A stretch of 63,116 nucleotides of DNA, the filler included, from Perkinsus chesapeaki ATCC PRA-425 (Eukaryota > Protista > Perkinsozoa): assembly GCA_013115145.1 (NCBI GenBank). It is 5 parts of 5 records of this genome, joined end to end, with 100 filler letters (N's around TTAATTAATTAA, not from the genome) between each part and the next. Parts side by side here need not be neighbours in the genome. Positions count along the whole stretch, not along the records: positions 41,762 to 56,368 come from JAAPAO010000746.1; positions 56,469 to 60,555 come from JAAPAO010001321.1; 3 more parts are not named here. One strand, 5' to 3'. The translations under genes and the position numbers were made by a program. The notes under the pieces were generated by a model. It worked only from the letters and a program-made list of their open reading frames with translations, had not been told where the DNA came from and ran no database searches. This document shows positions 48,500 to 60,655 of the stretch, piece by piece (positions within the stretch are counted from its first letter, which is position 1; every line of letters starts with the position of its first letter).

Positions 48500-51400
48500 A
48501 AACGTAAGTAACATAATTTACCGAAGCTCATTTGCCACGAAACCAAGATTAAGCGGGTCGTGAATGTCGAATTTGGGTCTGCCTGACCAGCGAGATAATC
48601 TTCAAAAGTAAACAAATAATTATTCACATAAAATATATTTCTATATCTCTGCAATGACCTTTAATATTTCCCTACCTCTCATAGGCAATAATATTATACA
48701 ACCTAATATAGATATTTCACTGTTTATAACGATAGTAAATAATATGTCTACTAATAATATATAAACATTATTAAGCCCAGCCGGGAGACCTACGAATTTG
48801 GGGGTGAACAGTCGAGTCATCGTCCCTTCCCCGCCGATGATTGCTGCCCTGTCATGAGGATTTTCCTCTGTCTCCGAATGACCTGCAAACCAAACCTCAG
48901 CGGAAACTCGAAGGGGAGTGCCGCCGACCGTGTGGAACAATATCGAGCTTGTTGTTATCAGCCGACATAGTCATACAAAAGTATCGCGCCTTCAACTATC
49001 ATTAATTGACAACCAACGACGCTTGCAGGCGGAGACTATAACATTGATAACGACCAGAAAGATCGCCGACGAATCACCACGGTCATCACGAGTTAAGAAT
49101 AGAAAATCTCCCCAGCGCTCTTCATGCGAGATATACGATTTTGTCGGCCCCTCGACTCCATCTTAACATCGCGGAGGGTCTTCCTCAACTGCTCCACTTG
49201 AGACTTCATCGATGCTGCTTCGTGGCAAACGTAACTGTGGAGGAGGAACTGCATGAGGCATAATGAAACACATGGAGGCAAATGAGGCAGCAGTAGCCTC
49301 GATTTCTCACGCGCCACTAAATTCATGCCTATAAACTTACAGTGCCGCGCAACGTAATGCTTTGACATCTTTGCAATCGCTGATACATCTCCACGCGTTA
49401 AGTGCTGGCCAATACTTCTCACTAAACCACGAAGCAAGTACCTGAACAAGATTGATGCCAGACATGAGGCTGAGGACGAGGCTCGGAAGGGCTGCTCTAC
49501 ATCCCCAAGTCCATGTGCTGCTAGAAGGTCTGCGATGGCGGGGGTACGCTGGTCACTGAAGGCTTCATCAGAGAGCACCTGGGGAAGGGATGAAGAGGAA
49601 GAGGAAGAACTGCGGCTATATGGAAGATAGATTTTCCAGCATCAATTACGAACATTCCAAATCTCATTTTCAATTAGGGCCGCATCGCACAAGAAGCATT
49701 CCATAACAGGTCTCCATGGAAGTTGGTGGGCACCTGGTTTTCATCATGTTATTTTCGAGCGATAAACTGCAGGGTTCATCCACAAATGGAGATATAACAA
49801 GTTCGGATTCACGAGCCATCCACGCTTTGCTCCATTCAACTGTCGAAACTTCAGCATAGTCAAGATGATGATGACAGTTCTTTCCCGACAGATGAAGCGA
49901 GGCTTATTAACATGACTCACCTTCTGCAGCTCCTGCGACAGCCATGGAGACTGTAGCCTGTCCACCAATGTGATGATCTCAACCGCACTTGAGAAGCTCA
50001 ACTGGCGATAAGGAGGATACCTAAAAGAGCCGGGAGACTGCGGAGGGATTTCCAATGGCAACCTCGCTCGGCTGTGATCTACATCTGCCAATTAAAGCAG
50101 GAAAAGGCAAGGGTACATTCCCGGGGGTATTTCGATTCCGGCTCCAGAGATTTCAAGGCCTTCCACAAATACTAATCCTCATCGATAAACTACTTCATAA
50201 AACCGAAACGGAACTTCAAGGGAAGTTTCTTGTCGCCCACCAGCTCAGGCCTGAACTCACACACGCCTCAGCAGCGTCATCCAAGCTCGAGAGGAGTCCG
50301 TTGGAAAATACGCCTGAGGAATCAATTTGACAAGTAGAATGCATGCCATACCACTCCTTCGACCGATTCTCTCATCCCAGAATCCTTCATGTTCTGAAAA
50401 TATGCGAACGAGCTGCAGATGACTTCCCAGTGGGCATGAAGTGTGGTGGCTTCGGACTTGCTCCCTGATAGAAAGCAGTTCCAATTGCTCCGAGTGACAT
50501 TGCTCACCGATCACGAGCTCGACGTTGACCGAGCTTCTATGGCCGAAAAAGATACTTTTCCCAGCCAAGGCATCGTTTGGGCACTCCTGAATGCAAGTCA
50601 ATTAAAAGTGGCCAAAGGGATGAGTAGTGATATCGCGCTTGCTAGCGGCGTTGATCAGAGCCAGGTGAAATTCGACGTAAGATTGCTGTCTGAGCTTCAA
50701 AACGGATTCACTGGCGCGATGTTACACTCGTATGAGCTCAAGTTGTTTACTAGGTGTTCGTATATTTGGGAAGAGCGAAAATGAAAAGTGCAACTCCTCA
50801 GGTCCGAACATGTTTGATGGTAACCCCTCATGGGTCACTGCTCTCGATCTGTTTACTAACTCAGTCCAAGTGTGACGGCCCTAAGTGCTGCCTCGAAGGC
50901 CTTGCCGCGACAATGGTGTCTTGATACGAAGTTGCGACTAGGAGAAATGAGCCCTTCCGTTGACTCGGGATATTACGATTAGGTTGCCTATTGAAATACG
51001 GGAAAGCAACCGAATAATAATACTGAAGTGCAATTACGAACATTAGAGTGCATTATGAGAAAAGGTAGTAATTAACGTAGTAATTCAATTTAATACGACA
51101 CACAGGTTGTTATATTGGTAGTAGACGATCGGTATGAATATATAGGTTTGCTATTCACACACAGACTCGTACCTGCTAGTAGTAAATCTCGTTTTTTGCC
51201 GAAAACGAACTTGATCCCAACTCACTTGCCAAGACTCTCCGTCAGACATTTCCTTCATGACCCCTCCTCCAGCTCGCTCGAGATCCTCGATCACTTCTGA
51301 TGAGAAAGCATTTCGCCTGAACCAGCAGCAATGCTTTAAACGACATACACGGCACGGACTCTTCGGACCGGTGATGATCTTCAACTGTTGCCTGCGTCAA

Positions 51401-52376
51401 GTAGTAACCGTCAGCGATCGAACCACCATCGCCTATGAAACTGTTTCAAAGACCTGAAGGGATTCTCCGTACCAAGTATTTCATTTGACGGCAGAGCTCT
51501 AGAAGACTCGGCTGCCACGGTCTGATTTGGAAACTTCCTCCTGAGGTTGTAAGTGTGTGATTGCTACGGTAAGATATTCCCCCTCCTCCTCCTCCTCCTC
51601 TTCGGTTGGTATCTGATTCCTATCTACAAAGTCGGCTCTTGTGTCGTCAACTGGTGGGGTGAATTGAACGACCTGCATTGAGAGTGCTTCAATGGGGCAC
51701 TTGTTGAACAGAGTCAACAAAGGAGCCATCGCCGAGTTTATCCTCAATAACAGCAAATCACACTCTCGTAAGCATTGTTGAAAAATGTGACCCTACCACC
51801 TTTTCAAGCTCGAGAATCTTTTGGACCTTTTCAAGCTCGAGAATCTTTTGGACCTTTTTAAGCTCGAGAATCTTTTGGACCTTTTCAAGCTTGAGAATCT
51901 ATTGGACCTTTTTAAGCTCGAGAATCTATTGGACCTTTTTAAGCTCGAGAATCTATTGGACCTTTTTAAGCTCGAGAATCTTTTGGACCTTTTCAAGCTC
52001 GAGAATCTATTGGACCTTTCCAAGCTCGTGAATCTCTTGAAGCGAGATTAACGTTTACTGTAAACTGACCTGATGAAAGACAAGAGCTCGTTGTTGATCA
52101 CTATTCGGCCAGCAATGTTCACTTGATGATTGATTAGCCATTAAACAGTATGACCATAAGGTTAACCAACAACCACTGAGGAGGATAAACAGCAACCACG
52201 GCGCGCACTTCACCTAACTTGCGCCTTGGCGGTGCTTCGCTCCGCCGGCCAAAAGTGCACTTTTGTCCCTTTTTTACTCCTGCGTGACGGCAACGATGGC
52301 GTCTCTTTTTTGAAGGGGTCGGATTGAGGGGGAATGAATTTCGTTGTTGATGAAAACCTACTGGTGATTCGTTCAT
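48500..52376 (-). CDS. Large hypothetical multi-exon gene(s)
   Basis: Series of minus-strand exon-like ORFs (49093-49578, 49744-50091, 50257-50601, 51151-51384, 51499-51756, 52134-52376), some ending at GT donors; no domain recognised. Confidence 0.35.
51801..52040 (+). repeat. 27-bp minisatellite (TTTTCAAGCTCGAGAATCTTTTGGACC), ~8.7 copies
   Basis: Direct tandem units with point variants; translates as (LDLFKLENL)n on plus and (SLKRSNRFS)n on minus. Confidence 0.95.
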
Positions 52377-52640
52377 CGAATCACCTCCATTTAAGTGAAG
52401 AGCTCGAGCTCTTCATAAAAATTCATATAGAGATAAGGGCGGCAGGGTTAGAAACTGAATATTAGCTGGTTCGAACTAAAGACTAAATTCATTTCCCCAA
52501 TCCCAGAACTAGTGCAGAATCCTGCAATTGATCGCCCCACTTTACGAGCATACAGATAAGAAATTGGACCGGAGCAAATTGTGTGTGGACCACTCAGTGT
52601 GGTAAAAAATAGACGACATTTCAGTCATTGGTATCCCTCC

Positions 52641-55600
52641 ATGGCGGACAAGAACGATAACCGCTACGGGAGTGCTGCATCAACGGATAAAAGCAGCAAT
52701 CTTAACAACTTGTTCAATGTTAAAGTACGCGGCAGGAGACCGCGAACCGACCTCATTAGTATCTTTTAGATCACCCCGCCTTCCAGTGAAGAAGACGGCG
52801 AGCAGATTCAACAGAATGATTTGACGATTTTTGGTGCCGATGCCAGCATGCTCGGGGAGACTCTCCGAGGCCGACCGGCAGGATACAAGCCTAGACGGAG
52901 CTCCGATAGTAGCGTGAAGTCCGAAGTGCCGAAGAAGAAGCTCAAAGGCACCTTCAGTGGCGTCCTCGTGCCGACCTGTGAAAATATGTGGGGCGTTCTT
53001 ATCTTTCTGAGATTCTTCTACGTCGTTGGCAACGCCGGTGTCGGCCAGGCCTGTCTGGCTGTGGTGTTATCCTTCATCGTGGCATTTTGCACCACTTCGT
53101 GCTTGAGTGCGATTGCTTCATCCGGCGGTGTAGTCTCAGAAGGTGGCCCTTACCATATGCTCTCAAGGTCCTTGGGGCCCTACGCTGGAGCAAGTGTCGG
53201 TATAACCTACTATCTAGGATTTGCCTTGCTCGGCGTCCTCGAATCCGTGGGAGCTATAGACGCCCTGGTGATGGCCGCACCGACTCTGTCGACTGTTCCC
53301 GCTTATCACCAGATCTTCGGTGGCTCCTTGGTCCTTATTCTCAACTTTGTGGTTTGGGGCGGTATCAACATCGTTACCAAATTAGGAGTAGTCTTTGTGG
53401 TAGTGGTAGCACTTACAATCTTAATGTTCTACGTTGGTATCTTTGTATCACCTCAAACTGAAGCTGCCGAGCTAGCCGGCGTCACGGGCCTCAGCGCCTC
53501 GACGCTAGGGGACAACCTCGGACCTTCTTATGACCCTGGCGTTCGCTTTGGCACTGTACTGGCTATCATCTTCCCCTGTTTCACTGGTATACTGTCTGGA
53601 GCCAACAGAGCCGATGTCCTCAGGAACCCACAGAAGAGCATCAGGAACGGCACGTTCGGTGCTATAACGATATCGTTGTTTATGTAAGAAGATATTTTCG
53701 TGGTCAGTCTATCAACCTTTCAGGTATCTTTCATTTATGTTCTTCTGGGGTGCTGTGGCCACCAGCGACTACCTCAAGCACGGCCCTCCACTAGGTGACG
53801 CAGCTCATCGCCGACTCAGCGGCGTCAACAACGACGAGGCTGGTGCGATTGTCGGGCAGATCGTCTGGCCCCATAGGATCCCGGCCTATGTCGGCATCTT
53901 CATCTCATCTGTCTCGCAAGCGCTCCAATGCTTCACTGTGGCACCGAGGCTCCTTCAATCAATCTCTGCAGATAACCTCCTGCCCATCCTTAAACCGCTG
54001 AGCACCCTCAATCGCAAGGGGGAGCCTGCCAGAGCTTTGGTCATCACGGCGATACTTGCCATAGCTTTGTCGATGATCGGTGATCTAGACCTCATAGCTC
54101 CGTTGCTGACAATGTGCTTTCTGGTCTGTTATATGTTTATGAACATTTCCTGTCTGATGTTGACGCTCCTGAAGACCCCCACGTGGCGGCCTGCTGGCAT
54201 ATTCCGTCGCCGCTTCAGATTGTGGTACATCATATCTTCGTTCGTCGGTGTCGTTGCATCGCTTGCCGTTATGATAATCGTGTCGGTCTACTGGACCATC
54301 GGCGTCCTCGTGCTTGCTGCTCTGTTGTATCTTTACCTCGACTGGGTGGGAGCTGAAGCCGAGTGGGGCAGCGGCCTCGACGGTCTGCGCTACAATTTTG
54401 CCTTGACAGCTTTGCAGGGCCTTCAAGAGAAGGTCCACAAGCGGATCAACTGGAGGCCACAGGTGAGCTGATTCCTTGTCTTTCACCTTGTTTACTTTTT
54501 TTGCCAGGTTCTGGTCCTCTATCCGGTCGGCAATGGCTGTAATTCTTCTGAGAACGACAACGATGGAGCTACCGCTGGCACACACGACCTGCTCCGCTTT
54601 TACGGTCAGATGCGAAAGGGCCGCGGGATGTGTGTGGCATCGGCGATAGTGCTCGATGGTGACGACAAGAGGGTAAGTTATTTTAGGGTAGGGCAGTTGA
54701 AGTAAATACCTGTTAATCGTTCCTCTGGAATCTGCCTTCAATATCTATTTGTTATGAAGGATATTTCAGAACCTTGAGGCGGTTCTTGGCGAACTACATG
54801 TCACCCTCGAGCCTCGAATCTTGAGGTCATTCTATACTTTATCCCGCGCTGGTATATCGGTTCCAAATTTGGCGTTCAGGTGATTGCTGAGAAGAAGCGA
54901 GTTGCCGAGGTGATGGCCAAAGAGTCTATTCAAGGATTCGCGGATGTCGTTGTTGCGCCTTCGTTTGGCGAAGGAGCGTCGTACGCTGTCCAGCTCGCTG
55001 GGATAGGCGGACTCAGACCGAACTCGGTGATGCTCGAATGGCCATCGAATTGGCGTCGACGATCTGAGGAGGCGCGCGAGTTCGTGAGACTTTTGCAATT
55101 TGCCACCAACACCAACAAAGCGGTGATGTGCGTGAAGAACTTGGCCTACATGCCCGTCGGGGAAAGAGCCATCCCGATGAACGGCACCATCGATGTCTGG
55201 TGGATGATCCATGATGGAGGCTTCCTGCTGCTCTGCGCGCACTTCCTGAAGCAACATAAGATTTGGCGAGGCTGCCAGGTCAGAGTGTTGCTCGTGATGG
55301 AGCATGCGGACGAGGAAGCCACGGCGACGGCGAAGGCGAACTTGACAAAACTGTTGAGTAACCACAGGCTCCTAGATGGAGTTATCATCGAAGTTGTCGT
55401 GTTGCACGATGATGCTATGATCGAACCGTACACGTACGACTGGACGATGAAGGTCACCAACAGAGTTGACGATTTAGCGGCATCAGACATGCCGTTTAAA
55501 AGGGTAAGACCAGTCGTAGTTTTGTCAAGTCAGTTGCCTTTCTCAGCAAAACACTCTTCCGACCAGTCTCGATGACCTTTTCGATGGAGTGCTGCCGGTG

Positions 55601-56092
55601 AAGACCAGCGCGAAGGCGGTCGGGCTTCCCCATCATCCCTCAGTGGAGGAGCGTCGAGCAGCGCCTGTTCTGCGAGCTTTCGATGAGGATCTAGAGTGGA
55701 CTTCAGAATCTGATCTGTTGTCAAATGTCCACAAGAAGATAGAAGAGAGGCGCAGCTACATGGATAGGCTCGCCCAAGTGAACGCATTCAGCTCAAATTC
55801 ACAATCTGGCAACTCAACCCTAAAAGTTCCACAAACGATATCAGGATCGAATCGTCGTGGCTCAACTGTGGTCCATCCGAACAGCGCACGACCATATATG
55901 AGAATGAACGCGATCATAGCGGAGCGAAGCAAAGACAGCGCTCTTGTCATGATGAACATGCCCGACATTTGGTCCACCGAGTCTGAGAAAGATTGTGCAT
56001 CCTATATGGCGTATTGCGATTGTTTGACGAAGTCGCTTGATCGCGTACTTCTCTTGCACTCTACTGGTTTGGAGGTCTTCACTCGCTTTTAG
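52641..56092 (+). CDS. SLC12 cation-chloride cotransporter, KCC-like, multi-exon
   Basis: GTFSGVLVPTCENMWGVLIFLRF, GGPYHMLSRSLGP, FPCFTGILSGANR, QCFTVAPRLLQSI, PTWRP, NWRPQ, GIGGLRPN, IDVWWMIHDGG; first exon MADKND...NVK/gtacgc at 52641. Confidence 0.95.
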
Positions 56093-56368
56093 GCGTCCTT
56101 GTAAATGTTACCAATTTTCCTAGTAAAGCGGGTGGGGTTGTACATATCGGTGATGAGCGTTGAAGAAGTTTACTGTTTAGCTGCTGCTACTGCTTTTTAT
56201 TATTCTAATAACGTTAAGTCAATATTGTTATACTTTTGAGTATTGTTAAATGAAGCTGATAAATAGGTTATAAGGCTTTTGTAATGTAACGGTGATCGTT
56301 GTTAAGTTGTTAATAATTAAATTCCCATCAAGAATCTTAATCAACACGAGGCGTGGGAAGTCAATGGC

Positions 56369-56468
56369 NNNNNNNNNNNNNNNNNNNNNNNNNNNNNNNN
56401 NNNNNNNNNNNNTTAATTAATTAANNNNNNNNNNNNNNNNNNNNNNNNNNNNNNNNNNNNNNNNNNNN
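56369..56468. other. Artificial contig linker
   Basis: N44-TTAATTAATTAA-N44. Confidence 0.97.
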
Positions 56469-57039
56469 TTGCAATCGCTGTTTTGCCGATTGGCTTTTTA
56501 CTCCTAATCTAGCTCAGACCCAGCAGCAGCATGCGCAATGATGTTTTAGCTACCTAGCACACTGTTTAGTTTTCAATAACGTTCTTCCTTCAGCACCAGT
56601 CCGCTTGCTCCTGCCCATTTCTCGTGGCGCAGTTCAGCTCAGGTAGTCCTCAGTTTCCTTCCTCTCCGCCAGCTGCAGTGCCGTCCAGCGACGTGTAGTC
56701 GAACTCCACGTGCATGAATATTTGACATTAATAATTTACCTGTTGAGTTTCTTGTTGATGTTGATGACTCGGTGATGCTGAGTGTTAGCGCGCTCCCGGT
56801 TCCTACTCTCCCATTATATGTACTCGCCGTCCGACGACCATGCCCATTGGAGTCGCTTTGCACACCCTTTATAACGAAAATGGTGAATACAGAGTCGACT
56901 ACTTCAGTCCACCTAATAGCTGAGTGGTTTAACTGCTTCGGGTCGGAGGAGCTCCCTGACCAAGGTGAGTAGCTGCAAGGTAGGCCTCAATTTTACTTCC
57001 ATATATTGGAGTTTCACCGGTTTTATGTGTAAAACTGTT

Positions 57040-57640
57040 TTCCGCGTTGTGTGAAATGCGAAAAACGCGATGTGTTGTGTAGTGATGACACTTCGCGTAA
57101 TAACACTAGCGAAAAACGCAATAACGCGTTTCACGCGCTAGCGCGTGAGTAAAACGCGTTTCTAATAACACGTGTGTGACTGTACAACTTTAACGTTATA
57201 TAACGCGGTATAGCGCGTTAAACACGGGTAAAAACGCGATGGTACTATTAACAAAACACTAACTGGAATTCCGAAACTAAGAACTCGAATGTCAACGATG
57301 GAACCGGCCACGCTATTAAGATTGCTCACTTAGAGGCTCTCGCCCTTTTGCGGCCCTTTGTCGTAGCAGCTTTAGCCTTAGCTTTTGCTCGGCGACGCCC
57401 GCGCTCTTCTTGCAAAGCCTCGCCCTGGTCCTCTAAACTGGGATGGCCTTTCTCCTCGCCCCCGTCAGACTGGGAACCCGTTGAGTCAGCTTGTGGGCCC
57501 GCACCCGAAGTGGTATAGCTACGCGTTTTCATACGCGTCAGGGAAACGGATTTCGCGTTTAACGCGTTATGTGCGCTATTAGGCCACAAAATGTGTTGTG
57601 TTATGCGTTTGACACTAGCGTTTTACATAACGGGGGTGAA
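57040..57640. repeat. Two AT-rich clusters of (A)CGCG motifs flanking a short basic ORF remnant
   Basis: More than a dozen CGCG sites at 57040-57240 and 57520-57570; shared ATGTGTTGTGT...GACACT in both; between them EERGRRRAKAKAKAATTKGRKRARASK* on minus. Confidence 0.55.
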
Positions 57641-59595
57641 ACTCCATTCTGTGACGCAATAGTTGTTCTGTCGATTGGTTTTATACTTCTTATTTTGCTC
57701 TGTATCTGTAACAATGATGTACTTGCCTCGTTATTCCACATTTCAGGCCAGGAGAGATTCCCTGATGAAGATAGGACCGTACTGCAAGGTAGGCTCTTGT
57801 GATGGCATGTGGGTCTGCTGGAAAATCGCAAATGTCAGAGTAGCCAGGGGGCTACAAATATTTCATCCTAGAGTAAGCTTCGGTCTTTCCCCATTAGCTT
57901 ATTTGCGTCTTGCGTTACTCACAGCGGCCGTGACATATGCAAAGAACACCAAATGCGATTAATAAAACCACCTGCTAGGGTGTCACTGGATCATAACCTC
58001 CTTTTAAGGTCATGCAGTTAAAAGAGTTCACTCATGAGAATGGCTTTGCTTACCGATAAGATGAAGCTGATAAGTTGATAGTCTCTCCCGGCTAGTAGCC
58101 GGCGGCTACTGATTATTTATAGTGAATATTGGCAATTTCGGCCTCTGCCACTCGATGCTCGCACCTCGCAACTTGACATGCAGTGGAATTCATCCGCTCT
58201 AATCCTAACTTTCCTCGGGATCATCGAGACACACACACCGTTCTAGTTCAGAGGCCCACAAGGAATCTCGGCTGAAGTCGGCTCGTGTGACAGATATTCA
58301 TACCATACAAAAGTTCAGATTAAAAGATAAGAACATGAAGGAGCGGCTGGTCTATGAAGGCCGGTCTGTTCTGATGTCATGGCATGCTCATGGTAGTCCT
58401 AGAGGCAGCATTACTGACGTAGCATCCAGCAACTGATAGATGGACAGGGCGAACTCGTAGAGTTCGACTCTATCGCTCAGAATGTAGTTTGCTGAAGAAC
58501 TGCCTATCACCTGTGTGGCTCTCGTGGTATGGGGGCCAAGGAGGTTTCTGTTGTCGAGGAGAACAACCTTCGGGAGCAAGGAGCGCAGCAGTTCAATAGA
58601 GACATTAGCATCAGACCCAACCGCTTTCGTAGTAATCCTTCAGCCGCCCAATAAACTGTTTAGTTGTCAATAATGCCATCAGTTCACGATCTGACAGGTA
58701 CCCCGACCAAAGCTTTCTCCTGGCACAGTCAGCCCCGGGCACCTCAATTTCTTTCCTCTCCAGCATGACGCTGCAAGATGAACCGCGTCCGCCTAGGCAC
58801 CGCGGGGGTAAATATATTACATTGCCAATAAACCTGTTGAGTTTGATAGTTCTTCGTTTAAAGGCTGATGAAGTAACCTAGCCTTAGCGCGTTACTGGTT
58901 TAACACCTTTTATATGTTCCCGCCGTCAGAGAACACCCCCATTAGAGCCACCCTACCTACCCATTACGGAGAACAAGGCAAGTGTGTAGATGGGGAATAA
59001 TTTATCTTAGAATCTCGCGGTGCAGGCCAGAGGAGCTCTCCTGATGGGGATAGGACCGTATTGCAAGGTAGGTTCCAGTTGCGGCATGCCGCGCTAGAAG
59101 GCCGCAGCGCTTGCACTCTCGAAGGACCTCCAGTCCTCACCGATCAACCGCTGACATCCTTAACGAGATACACAAGAGAATGCCAGATCCAGCTTCTTTA
59201 GAATCACCGCTTGACGATACCGTCGCGTACACCGATGAATGTTCCATGAGAGGAACCCGCCTAGAGTGTCGTCGAGCCCCTCCCGTCCTAACTTCGGGAA
59301 GCCTACCACCACAGGAAGAAATCGCACTTTTGAAGAAACGTAAGTTGGCCCAGTATAAATGGTCTTGGGAGCCTCACTTCTTACAGGCATCGAAATTCTA
59401 GAGCAAGAAAAGGGTTGGCTGGAGTGGCGTAAGCTGAGGCTTCTGGGTGGTATTTACATATCTTAGCGGCAGGCCTGGCGAAGCGATGTGCGAAGTGTTC
59501 GCAGTGTCCGTGCGCGGACGAGGATGAGAAAGGTCAAGAAGTTGAAGAGGAGAGTGGAAGGGGTGAGCCTTCAATAAGCCCCTCGAACCCCAAGT

Positions 59596-60006
59596 ATATA
59601 GTGGTGTGTATCCCTTTGTCTAGTATATAGTGTGGTGTATCACTTTGTATAGTATATAGTGGTGTGTATCCCTTTGTATAGTATATAGTGTGGTGTATCC
59701 CTTTGTATAGTATATAGTGTGGTGTATCCCTTTGTATAGTATATAGTGTAGTGTATCCCTTTGTATAGTATATAGTGTAGTGTATCCCTTTGTATAGTAT
59801 ATAGTGTGGTGTATCCCTTTGTATAGTATATAGTGTGGTGTATCCCTTTGTANNNNNNNNNNNNNNNNNNNNNNNNNNNNNNNNNNNNNNNNNNNNNNNN
59901 NNNNNNNNNNNNNNNNNNNNNNNNNNNNNNNNNNNNNNNNNNNNNNNNNNTATAGTATAGTATATAGTGTAGTGTATCCCTTTGTATAGTATATAGTGTG
60001 GTGTAT
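59596..60006 (+). repeat. 29-bp satellite (CCCTTTGTATAGTATATAGTGTGGTGTAT)n spanning an N gap (59853-59950)
   Basis: Tandem units on both sides of the gap; a degenerate copy at ~60354-60384. Confidence 0.95.
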
Positions 60007-60555
60007 GTGAAGCACGATGAAGCTTGTGCTATCATACGCTCTGATGGGAAAGAGGCGCTCGTCGAGCGCATGCGTCAATCTTATGTCACGGTGTACAGGC
60101 GTGCGACAATCGGGGGAGCCGCTGAAGGCGGTTGAGACCTTGAGTGAAGGTCGAAGAGTTTCAAGCTCGTTACTGCAGAGAGTCTGAGTGTCTCCTGGAT
60201 TTTGTCCCGCCCTCCACTCCCTCACAATTGTTGGCAACTTTCCAATGGAAAGGGAGGGGGACTCAGGGACTCGCTCTGTCAAGATGGTTCTCGCTCGTCT
60301 CCGATGCTCACCGCCCAGCGTAGTTTGAGACGGACATGGGCTGAACCATCGAGGAGTGTATCCCTTAGTATAGCATATAGTATAATGTCGCTTCGACTTC
60401 GAGGCGATCGCTTCTACTCTCATGAACTTCTTATACCATAGCCGTTAGTGCTTCGGTTTTCGTGTGGGGAGCGTTCTTATAAGCAATAATGTAGAATCTA
60501 TGTTTATGGTTATCTATGAGGAACGACTAAGCGTGAGTGTTTCAGAAAAACCGGA

Positions 60556-60655
60556 NNNNNNNNNNNNNNNNNNNNNNNNNNNNNNNNNNNNNNNNNNNNT
60601 TAATTAATTAANNNNNNNNNNNNNNNNNNNNNNNNNNNNNNNNNNNNNNNNNNNN
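60556..60655. other. Artificial contig linker
   Basis: N44-TTAATTAATTAA-N44. Confidence 0.97.

Noticed and set aside
48590-48780. Mitochondrial insertion (very AT-rich)
   Set aside because: No cox1/cox3/cob or rRNA-fragment similarity recognisable; more likely intron or UTR.
59620-60423. ORFs with HHTIYYTKGYTTLYT repeats
   Set aside because: Translations of the 29-bp satellite across an N gap.
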